This document shows, in pieces, positions 1 to 10,808 of a DNA stretch of 22,185 bases. Numbering within the stretch: position 1 is the stretch's first letter; every line of letters starts with the position of its first letter. The notes below the pieces were generated by a model. That model ran no database searches and was not told the origin of the DNA. It saw only the letters and a list, made by a program, of their open reading frames with translations. The stretch is from Octopus sinensis (taxonomy: Eukaryota), in contig NW_021823820.1 of the NCBI RefSeq assembly GCF_006345805.1, positions 1 through 22,185 of the forward strand, in the 5' to 3' direction. The translations under genes were made by a program, and so were the position numbers.

Positions 1-60
1 ACTAAAGCCGGTGCTCCAGCATGGCCGCAGTCAAATGACTGAAACAAGTAAAAGAGTAAA
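1..60 (+). mobile_element. 3' tail of tRNA-derived SINE (family A), cut by window edge
   Basis: Reverse complement of 17647-17710 (gtttcagtcatttgactgcggccatgctggagcacc) with an aagagtaa-type tail. Confidence 0.85.
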
Positions 61-263
61 GAGAGAGAGAGAGTAAACAAACTTTGTGTGCTTTCGGGGT
101 GATCGGTCTTGTTAATCGGTGTCGTATTTTACAATTCTGTGAATAATGATGGTGGTATTTTTTAATAAGCTTAAATCTTAGAGCGATCACCGTGTATATG
201 ATACATTTTTGTATATAATACACACTCCGCACTCATATGTGTATGTGTGTGTGAGTGTATACA

Positions 264-264
<1 letters not shown>

Positions 265-332
<68 letters not shown>

Positions 333-515
333 GTCTGTCTATCTGTCTGTCTGTCTGTCTGTATGTCTATTTGTCTGTCTGTCTGTCTGTCTGTATGTCT
401 ATTTGTCTGTCTGTCTATCTATATATACATATATTATCTCTCTATCTATCTATATGTATATACATACATACATACATACATACACACATATATACATACA
501 TATATACATACATAT
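265..515. repeat. Compound microsatellite (TCTA)n-(TCTG)n-(TACA)n
   Basis: Directly visible; explains ORFs 209..593. Confidence 0.95.
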
Positions 516-593
516 AATCGGAAATTAATCGTACTTGTTGAGCATGAGTATTTATATAAATGTGGTAGAGTGCCGCGTTTCGGTTGTGTTTAG

Positions 594-628
594 AGTTCAT
601 CAATGAAGAAGACTTGTATACATGCAAC
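594..628 (+). CDS. Putative host-gene coding exon a: (E)FINEEDLYTCN
   Basis: tgtgtttAG acceptor (592-593), AAC|GTATTT donor; a 62-nt intron joins it in frame to exon b. Weakest exon of the chain. Confidence 0.45.
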
Positions 629-690
629 GTATTTGAAATTCAGCTTTCATTTACTATTTTCCTTGTGGTGAACGCACATTCGTCGTACAG

Positions 691-722
691 GAGAAGGTGT
701 TTCTCTATGAACAAGCACAACA
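691..722 (+). CDS. Putative host-gene coding exon b: EKVFLYEQAQ(Q)
   Basis: cgtacAG acceptor, CA|GTAATA donor (phase 2); CA plus the A of exon c gives CAA and keeps frame, while the unspliced frame hits TAA. Confidence 0.55.
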
Positions 723-845
723 GTAATAGCATATTCAATTTCGACTCTGCCGAAGTGTAGCAAGAATAAGTATGCAAGACACCATTTTGTTTTCTTACGT
801 TTCTTACGTGTATTATGGCGATCAAATGCTTCGATTTTTTGCCAG

Positions 846-900
846 ATTGCGGGTGCCTCTGGCTGATATCATAAAACAATGCCGAGCTTTGGCTGTCCAA
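846..900 (+). CDS. Putative host-gene coding exon c: LRVPLADIIKQCRALAVQ
   Basis: ttttttgccAG acceptor, CAA|GTATCT donor, GC/CpG-richer than flanks, protein-like translation. Confidence 0.65.
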
Positions 901-1194
901 GTATCTCTTATTTTAATGAATCGAATGTGTTATGAACGTAAAGGAGAAGCTGTTCTGTGACAGGCCACAACAGCGATCAAATCTGTCAGAGCACCTTAAA
1001 AATACAAATTTGAAGTCTGGTATTTATTCCTAGCCCCCGTTGCCTAGCTACTAAGTTAGAGGGCTTTAACGATATCGAGGGTCAAGCGGTGGGGTAGCAT
1101 ACAACACCTACACGCGCTCATATATATATATATAATATATATATATATAATATATATATATCTATATATATATATATATTTCTTTTTCTTCCAT

Positions 1195-1243
1195 TTCTTT
1201 TTATTCGTTTCAGTCATTTGACTGCGGCTATGCTGGAGCACTA
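1195..1243 (-). mobile_element. SINE family A 3' fragment
   Basis: 1207-1241 matches the reverse complement of 11-45 at 34/35 positions. Confidence 0.8.
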
Positions 1244-1544
1244 CCATGATTATGTATATATGTGTGTGTGTGTGTAAGTATATGCATATGTATACATATA
1301 TATATATATGCTTGCGTTTGTGTATATATATATATATATTTATATACTTATACATACAAACGCACACATATATATTTATATTTACACACACACATTCATA
1401 CTTGTATGAATACACACAAGCGTCCGCACACCCTGGAGGGTTTTAACGAAAGATGCGAAAAAATGGGCGTAGCTTTTCTTATCAGCTGACATAAGTCGTT
1501 CAAATTACACGTGTTGTGAGAGTAGCTCTTCCGCTATTCCAAAG

Positions 1545-2513
1545 CTACTGCTTAACATAGCCGCCATCACAAGCGATGCATTTTCACCATCGAAGCCACG
1601 TAGAGAATATTCAAACCTGTACTCTTCTACTCACTTCTTCATAGCTACTTTCACTTCATCTGTGTCATGGAATCGTTGTTCCTGGAAGTTCTCCACGAAG
1701 GATGTCCTTCACTGGATCAAGTAGGTAGCAGCCGCGTGTGCAAAATCCAGCCTATACGATGAAGTGTGACCGCCCCTATTTGGCTAGAGCTTGATGTGTT
1801 TTCAAAGGTGTGTGTAGTCTCGAATAGTCTATGCGAATGTCGACCGTTTTCAGATAATTGTCCAGTCTCTTTTTCTTTTAGTACTTCAAAGTACAGCTAT
1901 ATTCCAGGAAGTTTTTGTAATCTCCCCCAAATGTTCTGTCCGTTTTGTTGGCTCTTGAACTACTTAATCCTTGGAAATGAAATCTGAGAGCATTCATGCA
2001 CTGAGCTTTCCTTTCCGGATTATTAAGATACGACCATATTACTTTTCTAAAAGAAATTACTAAAAAATTACTAAAATAATCTTTTCTTCATTGTCTCCAA
2101 ATGCTTCCAACAGATCAAATAAGATCTCCCTTTTCTCCTTTAAATCGGGTGTCACTTCCCCAAGAACCCAATCTGCATACACTTTCCGATACCAAAAATC
2201 TTGTAATATATCCTGTAACGCTTTGTAGTTGCAGTCAAGTCGTGCTGCAATTTCACAAATTGTGACTCACTGATAAGTGCAAATCATTTAGCCTAATTAC
2301 TCTTGATTCAGGTCAGTGTTTCCAGTTGCCTCTAGCTACGTGGTTTTGTCTTCAATATTAGTTTCGCATACTTTAGTCTTTTTGATGCATCTATGAACAT
2401 TGTTCCTATCAAGACGTAATCTCAGTAACCTGTAGACTTCTGTGTATGTCGAACAACCTGTACATCTCTTTCATTAAGGATTCAATGATAGCACATTGTC
2501 TATGCTTGATACC
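1545..2513 (-). pseudogene. Decayed mariner (DD34D-type) transposase
   Basis: Manual minus-strand translation: N-term RQCAIIESLMKE..DIHRSL, VTICEIAARLDCNYKALQDILQDFWYRKVYADWVL (cf. mariner GYRKVCARWVP), QRFHDTDEVKVAMKK, C-term RW*KCIACDGGYVKQ* (cf. RWxKCIxxxGDYVEK); many stops and frameshifts. Confidence 0.8.
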
Positions 2514-2601
2514 CCTGAAGAAGAGAGATGAATTTTTACTACAGAAGCGGCATTACTTCATACATCAATGGAATTTCAACGACCCATGCTGGTTGATAGT
2601 T

Positions 2602-2800
2602 GGAGGCACATGGTTTAGTGGTTACGGTGTTGTACACGCGATCGTAAGGTTGTGATTTCGATTCCTGGATCAGGCGATACGATGTGTTCTTGAGCAAAAG
2701 ACTTCATTTCACGTTGCTCAAGTCCACTTAGATTGTAAATAATTAATAATCCTGCGATGGACCGGCGTCCCGCCCAGGAACGTGTATGAACTCCGGAGAA
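2602..2800 (+). mobile_element. tRNA-derived SINE (family B), diverged
   Basis: A-box-like tggtttagtggtta, B-box-like gatttcgattcc, then tgtgttcttgagcaaa; similar to 20207-20350, with head similar to 9096-9401. Confidence 0.75.
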
Positions 2801-2895
2801 ATCGGGAGAAATCATTTATACCTGCAACATACGTTTCGAAAAGATCATTGAGGTTATTCCGTAGGGAATAAAAATTATATTTATATGTAATTTGG

Positions 2896-3082
2896 CCATG
2901 ATAGATCGCTAGCCATTATACTTTTTTCTATTCTCCCTCCCTGTTTATGTCTGTGTTCCTTTCTGTTGAAGAGCGTACGCTCGAAACGTAAAAGACTTTC
3001 TCACTTCCCGGGCGTTAAACTAATACATCTGTTTATTGTTTAGACACCCATCTTCGTGTTTTGTTTTTTGGTAAATTCTCAC
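2896..3082 (+). mobile_element. Short non-coding hammerhead-bearing element (solo Penelope pLTR- or retrozyme-like), copy 1
   Basis: Colinear with the reverse complement of 19921-20161 from its first bases (ccatRatRgaYcgYtagc) to its end; runs into (TA)n. Confidence 0.7.
2959..2994 (+). ncRNA. Minimal type I hammerhead-like ribozyme, variant core
   Basis: CUUU-[CUGUUGAA]-GAGC gtac GCUC-GAAA-CG-UA-AAAG: stem I CUUU/AAAG, stem II 4 bp, palindromic ACGU stem III, GUA triplet. Confidence 0.6.
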
Positions 3083-3164
3083 TATATATATACACACAGA
3101 CATAACAAACGTACCCACACGCAGACAGCCCCGCCCCACGAATCACTCAAACATTTTTTACATG

Positions 3165-3408
3165 TTTTAATCATTGGACTGCGACCGATTCGAAGGGTTT
3201 TAGTCAAACAAATTAATCCCAGTTCTTACTTTTAAAGTTTGATACTTATTCTCTCGTTCCGAACTGCTAAGTTACGCAGAGGTAAAAAAAAAAATAAACG
3301 CCACTGTTAACAAGGGGTGGGAGAACAAAAATAAAAACAATGACACACACACAAATATTTATACATACATATATATATATATATTTACACACACACACAT
3401 ATATATAT

Positions 3409-3498
<90 letters not shown>

Positions 3499-3708
3499 GT
3501 ACATAGACATTCGCCTTTATTTACCCTCACAACGACCAAATCTTTAGCCACAATAATTCTCCCTATACCTTATTTCTTAACGTTTATGAATTTGTGTTGG
3601 AACATTCTTGGTGGTAGAGACACTTGCCCAAAGGGAAACGCAGTGGGACTGAACCCGGAACCATGTAGTTGGGAAACAAGCTTCTTACCACACAGGCACT
3701 CCTGCGCC
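3165..3708 (-). mobile_element. SINE family A, diverged, split by internal CA/TA microsatellite
   Basis: Head 3617-3708 (gacacttgcccaa...gaacccggaaccatgt...ctcctgcgcc) matches 17907-17997; 3165-3320 matches the decayed 3' part. Confidence 0.7.
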
Positions 3709-3710
3709 TG

Positions 3711-4300
<590 letters not shown>

Positions 4301-4633
4301 ATAATAATGATAATAATAAAAATTAACAAAAGAATGAGAGCATGATATTAGATAGAGTATTATTTATATACGTTATGTGTGTATGTACGAGTGTGTGTAT
4401 TAGTACGTACATACACGTATATGTTGTTATGTGTCTATGTGCATGTACGTATACATGTTTGTATGAGTGTAATATGTATGTAGACGTTGTGAACGCAGGA
4501 GATTTATGACTATGTATTGTGAGAATATGTTTACGTGTATTTCTATCTTTTTTCTTTTTCTCCGTTTCTACTATTAGAGTAACATCCCTTTTATTCAAAG
4601 GTTTTATTTTATAACGCATGTTGCCATTAACAG

Positions 4634-4718
4634 CCGACGAAAATTCATCGCAGCTCTTCGCTCCGCCATGCGAAATTCCGAGGAAGAATCAGTGTAGAGA
4701 TCAGCGGTCCAGCGTGGT
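4634..4718 (+). CDS. Putative host-gene coding exon d: PTKIHRSSSLRHAKFRGRISVEISGPAW
   Basis: ccattaacAG acceptor, phase 0 matching exon c; T|GTATGA donor; GC/CpG-rich patch within AT-rich DNA. Confidence 0.6.
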
Positions 4719-5392
4719 GTATGACTGAGAAAAAAAGTAGTTGAATGAAAGGGAGATAATAATAAAAAGTGGTTGAATGGAAAGGAGATAATAAAGGTGA
4801 TAACAACGAATTAAGGTGCGCGAGCGTGTGTGTGTACGTGAGAATGGTGTGTGTGAGTGTGTATGTGGGTATGTGTAAATGGGGGCGAGTGCGTCTGACG
4901 TGTATACAAAATACATAATGTTCACTACGAAAATTTAGTGGTTGATGAAGGAGTTCTGGGAAGTAGAGATCAATTTTATAAATCTTGGGTTACCGATATT
5001 ATCAGTATAAGCAGGATTTTTGTGACCAAAATGGCGGCAAAAACAGTATATTCTATTTTATACGTACATGAGCACGTATCTCTCTATCTATATTGTTATT
5101 TACACATATGAGTGTATGTATGTATATATGTGTAAATGCTAATATATTTTGGTACTTGTTACTTGCTATGTGTCTCCATAAGAAACTAAGATATGATGAA
5201 GACTCCTCATATAAGCAATAAAATAAAGTATGCCAGGATAAAATAAGGAATAAAGACGTATCATATATATATATATATATAATATATATATATATATTTG
5301 TAAAAATGGTAAGATAACAAAAGAAAGAGACCTCAATATTATGTAAATAGAGGAAATTTATCTGTAAAATAATATGTTACAATTATTCAATA

Positions 5393-5463
5393 GTCAAGAT
5401 AAAACTCTGAGTTTCGGATGCCGAAGTGGAAATCCACAACACCATATCTTCGGTTACCTGGCC
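5393..5463 (-). ncRNA. Type I hammerhead-like fold in the Penelope 3' region (degenerate)
   Basis: AGGUAA-[CCGAAGA]-long stem II (AUG..GUGGA uu UCCAC..CAU)-GAAA-CU cag AG-UU-UUAUCU; stem I 6 bp; the 10.1-11.1 pair is broken. Confidence 0.55.
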
Positions 5464-6221
5464 ATCTGAAAAACGCTATGAAAAAATACCGTTATATAAA
5501 GGGAAATTACTGTGTTATAATTCCGCTACTTATATGAAATAAGATTAAAACTTCATAGTAAGCACGTAATCATGGCCACTCATACGCTCACATGTGCGCT
5601 CGCGGACCCACGTGCGTACTTATACGTTACAAGAAAACGTACACTCGCATTTTTCGACAAATGTATACGCATATATATACAAACTCATACACGCACACGC
5701 GTACCGTAAAAGTTCATATATACGTTTATATACGCACAAGCACAAGAAAAAACATGGTTAAAGGTAACAATACAGAAAAAACATAAGGAAGTATACAAAG
5801 CGTAAAAACCACGTTCATATACGGACATGCCCTTATGCACTCATACAAACACACGCCCATAGATGTACATACCCACACATGTTTATATACGCATACACAC
5901 ACACGCATACAGAAAAAAAGATTATACATATGCCCCAAAAAACCCGAAAAAATTGTAAAAATACTAAGTAAAAATGTCTATATATATATATTCTTATGCC
6001 CGCACACACGCACACGTCTATATACATACACACCCACCCACTCATACATATTCACACACGTGTACAAATGAATCTATATACACGTCTATATGGGCACAGG
6101 AAAAAATGCAGGATGGAAGAGTACAGAAAAAATTATTATGTGTGAAAATATAAAAATATATGAAATAATAAAAGGTATAATGAGATAAAAACTTTTTTGG
6201 ACATAATATAGAAAGCAAGTT

Positions 6222-7680
6222 CTATCTATACTCTTGTGGGGACCAAAAACGTAACAAAAATTTTGTCACATTTGGGCATGATCCGAAAAGTTCTGTCCTT
6301 GAGTTTAGACATGTAGTAGGGTCTAAGCTGCTTTTCCAGATAAGCCATCTCTCCATGTCGCATAGACCGCACTTTCTGCTGCCGTTGGTGTATGGCTTAC
6401 ATTTGGCTAAAATCTTTCAATGGATGTTATAATTGACACCTTTATCTTGTAATGACCAAATATGATTAGATAATTTTGTCGCTTTTCTTTTGTTCCAGTG
6501 CCTAAAACCCAAGGTGTGGTTATTGAACCTGGCCTTGAAATTACCCTGTATAAGGCCCACGTATTTCTTCGTCGAAACGGTGTTTTTAGTGGTTATAGAG
6601 ACCACGGTAGCTTCTAGATGATGGTCTCGGACATGCAAGCTCCATTTAACGGGCACAATTTTTTATTCCTGCATGAACAGCTGTTTTCTTGTTGTGGTTT
6701 TTGTGTGTTATGTGTGATTATATTTTTAAAATTGGTAGTTGAACTAAAACTAATTTTTAAATTGTGTTTATTGAAAAGTTTCCTATAAGTATGGTTAACT
6801 GGAAAATGTCTATCTATCAGTGTTAAGAAATATTTACCTATATTAAAGGTCACCTCGGGTAAACCAGATGATCTTCCTATTTCTATTTTTCCTCTTCTTT
6901 ACTGTTGGGCTAGTAACAGGTGTATATTTTATTTTTTCGCTAAAACCACTATCTTTTAAAGCCTTATTATATACTGGGGCAACGCTATTAAAAATGTCCT
7001 TATCGGAGGAGAGGCTAGAAATTCTCTTACTAATATTTTTAACTAAATTTTTTAATACTATGGGGGTGGCATGAACCTACATTAATATAACTAAGTCTAT
7101 CATTGGGCTTCCTATAAGGCTTATAAATATTCTTATTTAGATCTAAGGAAACGTCTAGGAAATTGACAACCGTCAGGTTAGTATCTATAGTTATACTAAG
7201 TCCGAAGTATTTCATTAAATGGATGATATCCTTCCTAAATCGATCCTGTGCTGGTCCATTTGTATTAGCGGTTAAAGCGAGGGCATCATCTTTGTAGATG
7301 GCGAAATATACGTCAGGAAAGGTCTTACCTAATGTATCTAGTAGAAAATATCCAATAAGATCGCAAATGCCTGCTCCATCATATGACCCCATGCTCACAT
7401 CGAAAGCAACCTCTGTGTCGGTATTTTTGACCCACTTTGCGTTCTCGCTGAAAAGTAAGGTCTTTCTAGCATGGAAGATTATATCCTTATCCTGTGTACT
7501 GATTTCTATGAAATTGCTAGCGAAGACGAGGGCTTTATCTAGCAGTTCTTTAGAGATAGAGGCATAAAAATCAACAATATCGAATTGTGTAAACCTCGCT
7601 TTTTTCTTATTCTTAATGGTTTTAAACCAGTCTAAGACTTCTATACTATTGGACCATTGTACTAGCCTAGTGTGTTTGTA
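6222..7680 (-). pseudogene. Penelope-like RT + GIY-YIG endonuclease ORF, frameshifted
   Basis: QFDIVDFYASI, FDVSMGSYDGAGICDLIG, YKDD, NFLDV, KPYRKPND, RKIIWF, CSCRNKKLCPLNGAC, II(Y)EAT..YVG, FKARFNNH, CGLC..E, LNSRTEL; frameshifts near 7065, 6860 and 6615, TGA at 6417-6419, terminal TAG 6222-6224. Confidence 0.92.
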
Positions 7681-7773
7681 TGTGTGTGTATGTTTTAGTG
7701 TATATATGCATACATAATATATACAAAATGGATATGTGTTTATGTATGTATGTATATATATATATATGTATAT

Positions 7774-7819
<46 letters not shown>

Positions 7820-7833
<14 letters not shown>

Positions 7834-8185
7834 GGCAGTTTGTCTGTGTGTGTTTCTGTGTGTCTGTTAGGTTGTACCCTCACCCTGACCACGGCTTTCA
7901 ACCGATTCTGATGAAACTTGACACACACATAGCCCAATGTCATAATTCAAAACTAACGCAGCGAAAATTTTGAAAAGTTCCCCCAGTTCTGAAAAAGATC
8001 GATAAATTCGACATGGGGTCGAGAATCAGAAACACAAACCACAGACTGTCATGGGGACGCAACTCGACCTTTTTAACTAAAAAAATTTACCATAATTCGT
8101 TTTCCATTTTTTGGCTATAACTCTCTAAAAATGCTTTATAGTTATTTCCCTTACAAACCCGAGCAACGCCGGGCGATACTGCTAG
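7820..8185 (+). mobile_element. Non-autonomous Helitron
   Basis: 3' GC hairpin CCCG(A)GC-aac-GCCGGG (8158-8173) followed by CTAG|T (8182-8186); 5' part tatataaaac..gtttgtctgtgtg..accgattctgatgaaacttg resembles animal non-autonomous Helitrons; 5' TC lost in the TA run. Confidence 0.8.
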
Positions 8186-8205
8186 TATATATATATATAT
8201 ATATA

Positions 8206-9067
8206 TAGGGTGTTTCACAATCTTATAACTTTGCCAGCTCTTGTTCAAATTACTTCAAATTTTAACAGCATGTGTAGAAACAGATCAAAATTTTATGTTT
8301 AATGTTTAATGCGTTTATCTTTTCGGATGTAGAAATGGCATTTACTGGAAGAGAAAAGGCGTTTTGTGTGTTGGAGTATTCTCAAACACAGTCGAACAAG
8401 ACTGTGCAGCGCGAATTTGTGAGAGAGTTCTCTAAAAAGTCACCAACAGGAATGCAGATTTGGACATGGCATAGAACATACAAAGAGGAGGGCTGTCAGT
8501 GCAGTGCAAAAGGATCTGGACGACCACTAATATCAGAAGAGACGGTCGAGCGGGTTCGCCAAAAACTCTTGCGAAACCCCAAGAAGTCCAAAAGATGAAC
8601 AAGTCTGGAAACCCAGATTCGTTCAATGAAAATTTTTCACTTCCTTTGGAATTGCTTGCTAATGAAACCTTACAAGCTGCAGCTCGTTCAGGCCATAATG
8701 ACAAGCGAAAGCGAACACAATTATGTGTTGATATGGTAGAGAAACTTGAAGAAGCCGAATTCAAGGCAAGTCATGTTTTGATATGAATGACAAAGTCAAT
8801 AAGCATAATATTCGCGAAGAAAATCCCCCATGCTATATTTGACCATAAGAAGTACTCACCAAAAGTGAATGTTTTCTGCACCACCTCCAAGAAGCCCATT
8901 TTGGTAAAATCGTTGATGGAATCCACATACTTTGAATTTCTAATTCAAATTTGGAAGAAGAAATCTTATGTTGCTCAACATTAAGCCAGTTTAGTTTCAT
9001 TTGTTTGACTTTGTAGTTTCTGTGATATTTGCATCTCAAATGACATCAAATGTTTTGAAACCCCCTG
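8206..9067 (+). mobile_element. Internally deleted Tc1/mariner-superfamily DNA transposon
   Basis: Imperfect TIRs TAGGGTGTTTCACAA (8206-8220) / TTTTGAAACCCCCTG (9053-9067); transposase remnants inside. Confidence 0.8.
8335..8900 (+). pseudogene. Tc1/mariner-type transposase remnant (DUF4817-like HTH N-terminus)
   Basis: MAFTGREKAFCVLEY..VQREF..GSGRP..VERVR..RNPKKS, then in other frames KPYKLQLVQA, DKRKRTQLC, PHAI..SPKVNVFC. Confidence 0.8.
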
Positions 9068-9095
9068 CATATGTATTTATGCGTGTATGTATATA

Positions 9096-9401
9096 TCACG
9101 TGATCACGTGACCGACCAGACCATCAGATGCTGTTACACATCGCTGGTCACAATGCGCTTCGCATTGTTTTAGCCTTCGAATGACGCCACCCTGCTGGCT
9201 AAGCGAGCAGGCCAACAGAAGAAAGAGTGGGAGAAAGAGTGGTGAAAGGGAACAGCAGGGATCACCACCCTCTGCCGGAGCGTCGTGGAGCTTTTAGGTG
9301 TTTTTGCTCAATAAACACTCACAACGCCCGGTCTGGGAATCCAAACCGCGATCCTACGACCGCGAGTCCGCTGCCCTAACCACTGGGCCATTGCGCCTCC
9401 A
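9096..9401 (-). mobile_element. tRNA-derived SINE (family C), near full length
   Basis: Minus strand ggaggcgcaatggcccagtggttagggcagcggactcgcggtcgtaggatcgcggtttggattccc (A/B boxes), tail (cacgtgat)2; second copy at 14270-14430. Confidence 0.85.
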
Positions 9402-9402
9402 C

Positions 9403-9440
<38 letters not shown>

Positions 9441-9552
9441 ATTTAGGAATGGTCATTTTGCCAGTTTAGCCAATGAAAACACACGCACTATATATTTGGT
9501 GTTACTTTGCTTCAGTGTTATTTATTTTTTACATTAATCTTAATCTTATTTC

Positions 9553-9597
9553 GGCCAGAGTTCTTTCGTCACACTCCTGTGACCGCATCAGTGGTCC
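9553..9597 (-). ncRNA. Type I hammerhead-like ribozyme, variant core
   Basis: GG(A)CCA-[CUGAUGCG]-GUCAC aggagu GUGAC-GAAA-G aa C-UC-UGGCC. Confidence 0.65.
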
Positions 9598-9977
9598 TTT
9601 GTTTTCTTCTTACTTATTTGTGTCTCTCCTTACTAACCGTCAGCCATTTTGTATTTCTATTGTATGTCTTCATTTGCGCATGCTTATATCTCTATGAGCG
9701 TTTATGTTTATTTAGTGTGTGTATGTGGGGGATGCCTGTAATATTTGTATCTTCTGTTTATATATGTTCATGTAATTTGTATTTTGTATTTTGTTTTTGT
9801 TGTTTTTGTTTATTCTTATTTTGTTCGTGTGTTTACATCCACCCATTATTATCATTACATATGCTTGTATGTATGTATGTATGTATGTATGTATAACAAC
9901 AATACTAGTAATAATAATAATAATTGAATCGAAAAAAAAATATATATATACATATATATATATATACACACACATAT

Positions 9978-10032
<55 letters not shown>

Positions 10033-10125
10033 TATAGTTATTTATTTCTATTAGTTTATTTATTTATCTGTGTATTTATTATGTTTTCAGGATCCTCTAT
10101 CGTGTCATGAGAGTGTCAGAGTGTC

Positions 10126-10659
10126 ATGTTCGTTGACACCACCCCTGGAGGTGAACTGGCGTATCGCTTTAGAAGGACCCTAGACAAACTTAAGCTAAGA
10201 GTTAAGGTTGTTGAAAAGCCAGGCAACCCTATCAAATCTATAATTGGTAGAACCTATCCTTTTAGTAGAACCCTCTGTACGGATAAGTACTGTACTGTAT
10301 GTAGATTTAGCCCACAAACAAACTGTAAAGCCAGAAATGTAGTCTATAGTATAAGATGTATAGAGGGACGATGCAGTAAGAAGACAACGACATACGTAGG
10401 GGAAACAGCAAGAAGCATAGGAGAGCGGGTAAATGAGCATTGGAGACAACTCAAGGAAGGTAAAAGCTCATCGATTCTGTACCAACACGCCGAACAAGAA
10501 CACGGGGGATCAATCAATAACATAGAAATAAAAATATTATCCACACATAGATCAGATGCAACAATTAGACAAATTACAGAAGCTACACACATAATAGAAA
10601 ATAAACCTATCCTGAATAGAAAACTAGAATGGAGCACTAACACACACCACAACATATGA
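10126..10659 (+). CDS. GIY-YIG endonuclease domain of a Penelope-like element (C-terminal portion, uninterrupted 177 aa)
   Basis: CxxxxCxxC..C Zn-binding linker, VVY..YVGET, R..EH, H, E, LNRKLE motifs; no stops. Confidence 0.85.
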   Translation: MFVDTTPGGELAYRFRRTLDKLKLRVKVVEKPGNPIKSIIGRTYPFSRTLCTDKYCTVCRFSPQTNCKARNVVYSIRCIEGRCSKKTTTYVGETARSIGERVNEHWRQLKEGKSSSILYQHAEQEHGGSINNIEIKILSTHRSDATIRQITEATHIIENKPILNRKLEWSTNTHHNI

Positions 10660-10721
10660 CGATAGAGGATCCTGAAAACATAATAAATATACAGATAAAT
10701 AAATAAACTAATAGAAATAAA

Positions 10722-10808
<87 letters not shown>

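Larger units (their letters stand above)
5298..7680 (-). mobile_element. 5'-truncated Penelope-like retroelement (Naiad-like) with long 3' UTR/pLTR
   Basis: RT and GIY-YIG remnants plus ~920-nt 3' UTR containing a hammerhead-like fold; both ends abut TA/TG microsatellites. Confidence 0.9.

Noticed and set aside
97-191. Short inverted repeat ggtgatcg/cgatcacc
   Set aside because: About 12 bp with a mismatch, no TSD and no second copy; may be chance
209-593. Long ORFs here and at 3340-4345, 10975-11868, 13241-13878 and 17503-17717
   Set aside because: Translations of microsatellites (IYIY, LSLS, HHH), not proteins
1430-2590. Mariner TIRs
   Set aside because: Candidate ends are too dissimilar to call
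4635-4697. Alternative frame RRKFIAALRSAMRNSEEESV* with a PDZ-like end
   Set aside because: Needs phase 2, incompatible with the phase-0 end of exon c; not excluded if exon c is skipped
6417-6419. In-frame TGA in a Naiad-like element as selenocysteine
   Set aside because: It falls at the conserved Trp position (IxWKIL) in a copy with several frameshifts; a TGG->TGA mutation is simpler
9330-9401. tRNA genes at SINE heads
   Set aside because: No intact cloverleaf, and they continue into SINE bodies
10084-10126. ttttcAG acceptor fusing the host gene to GIY-YIG
   Set aside because: In-frame TGA at 10108-10110, and joining exon d creates an immediate T|GA stop
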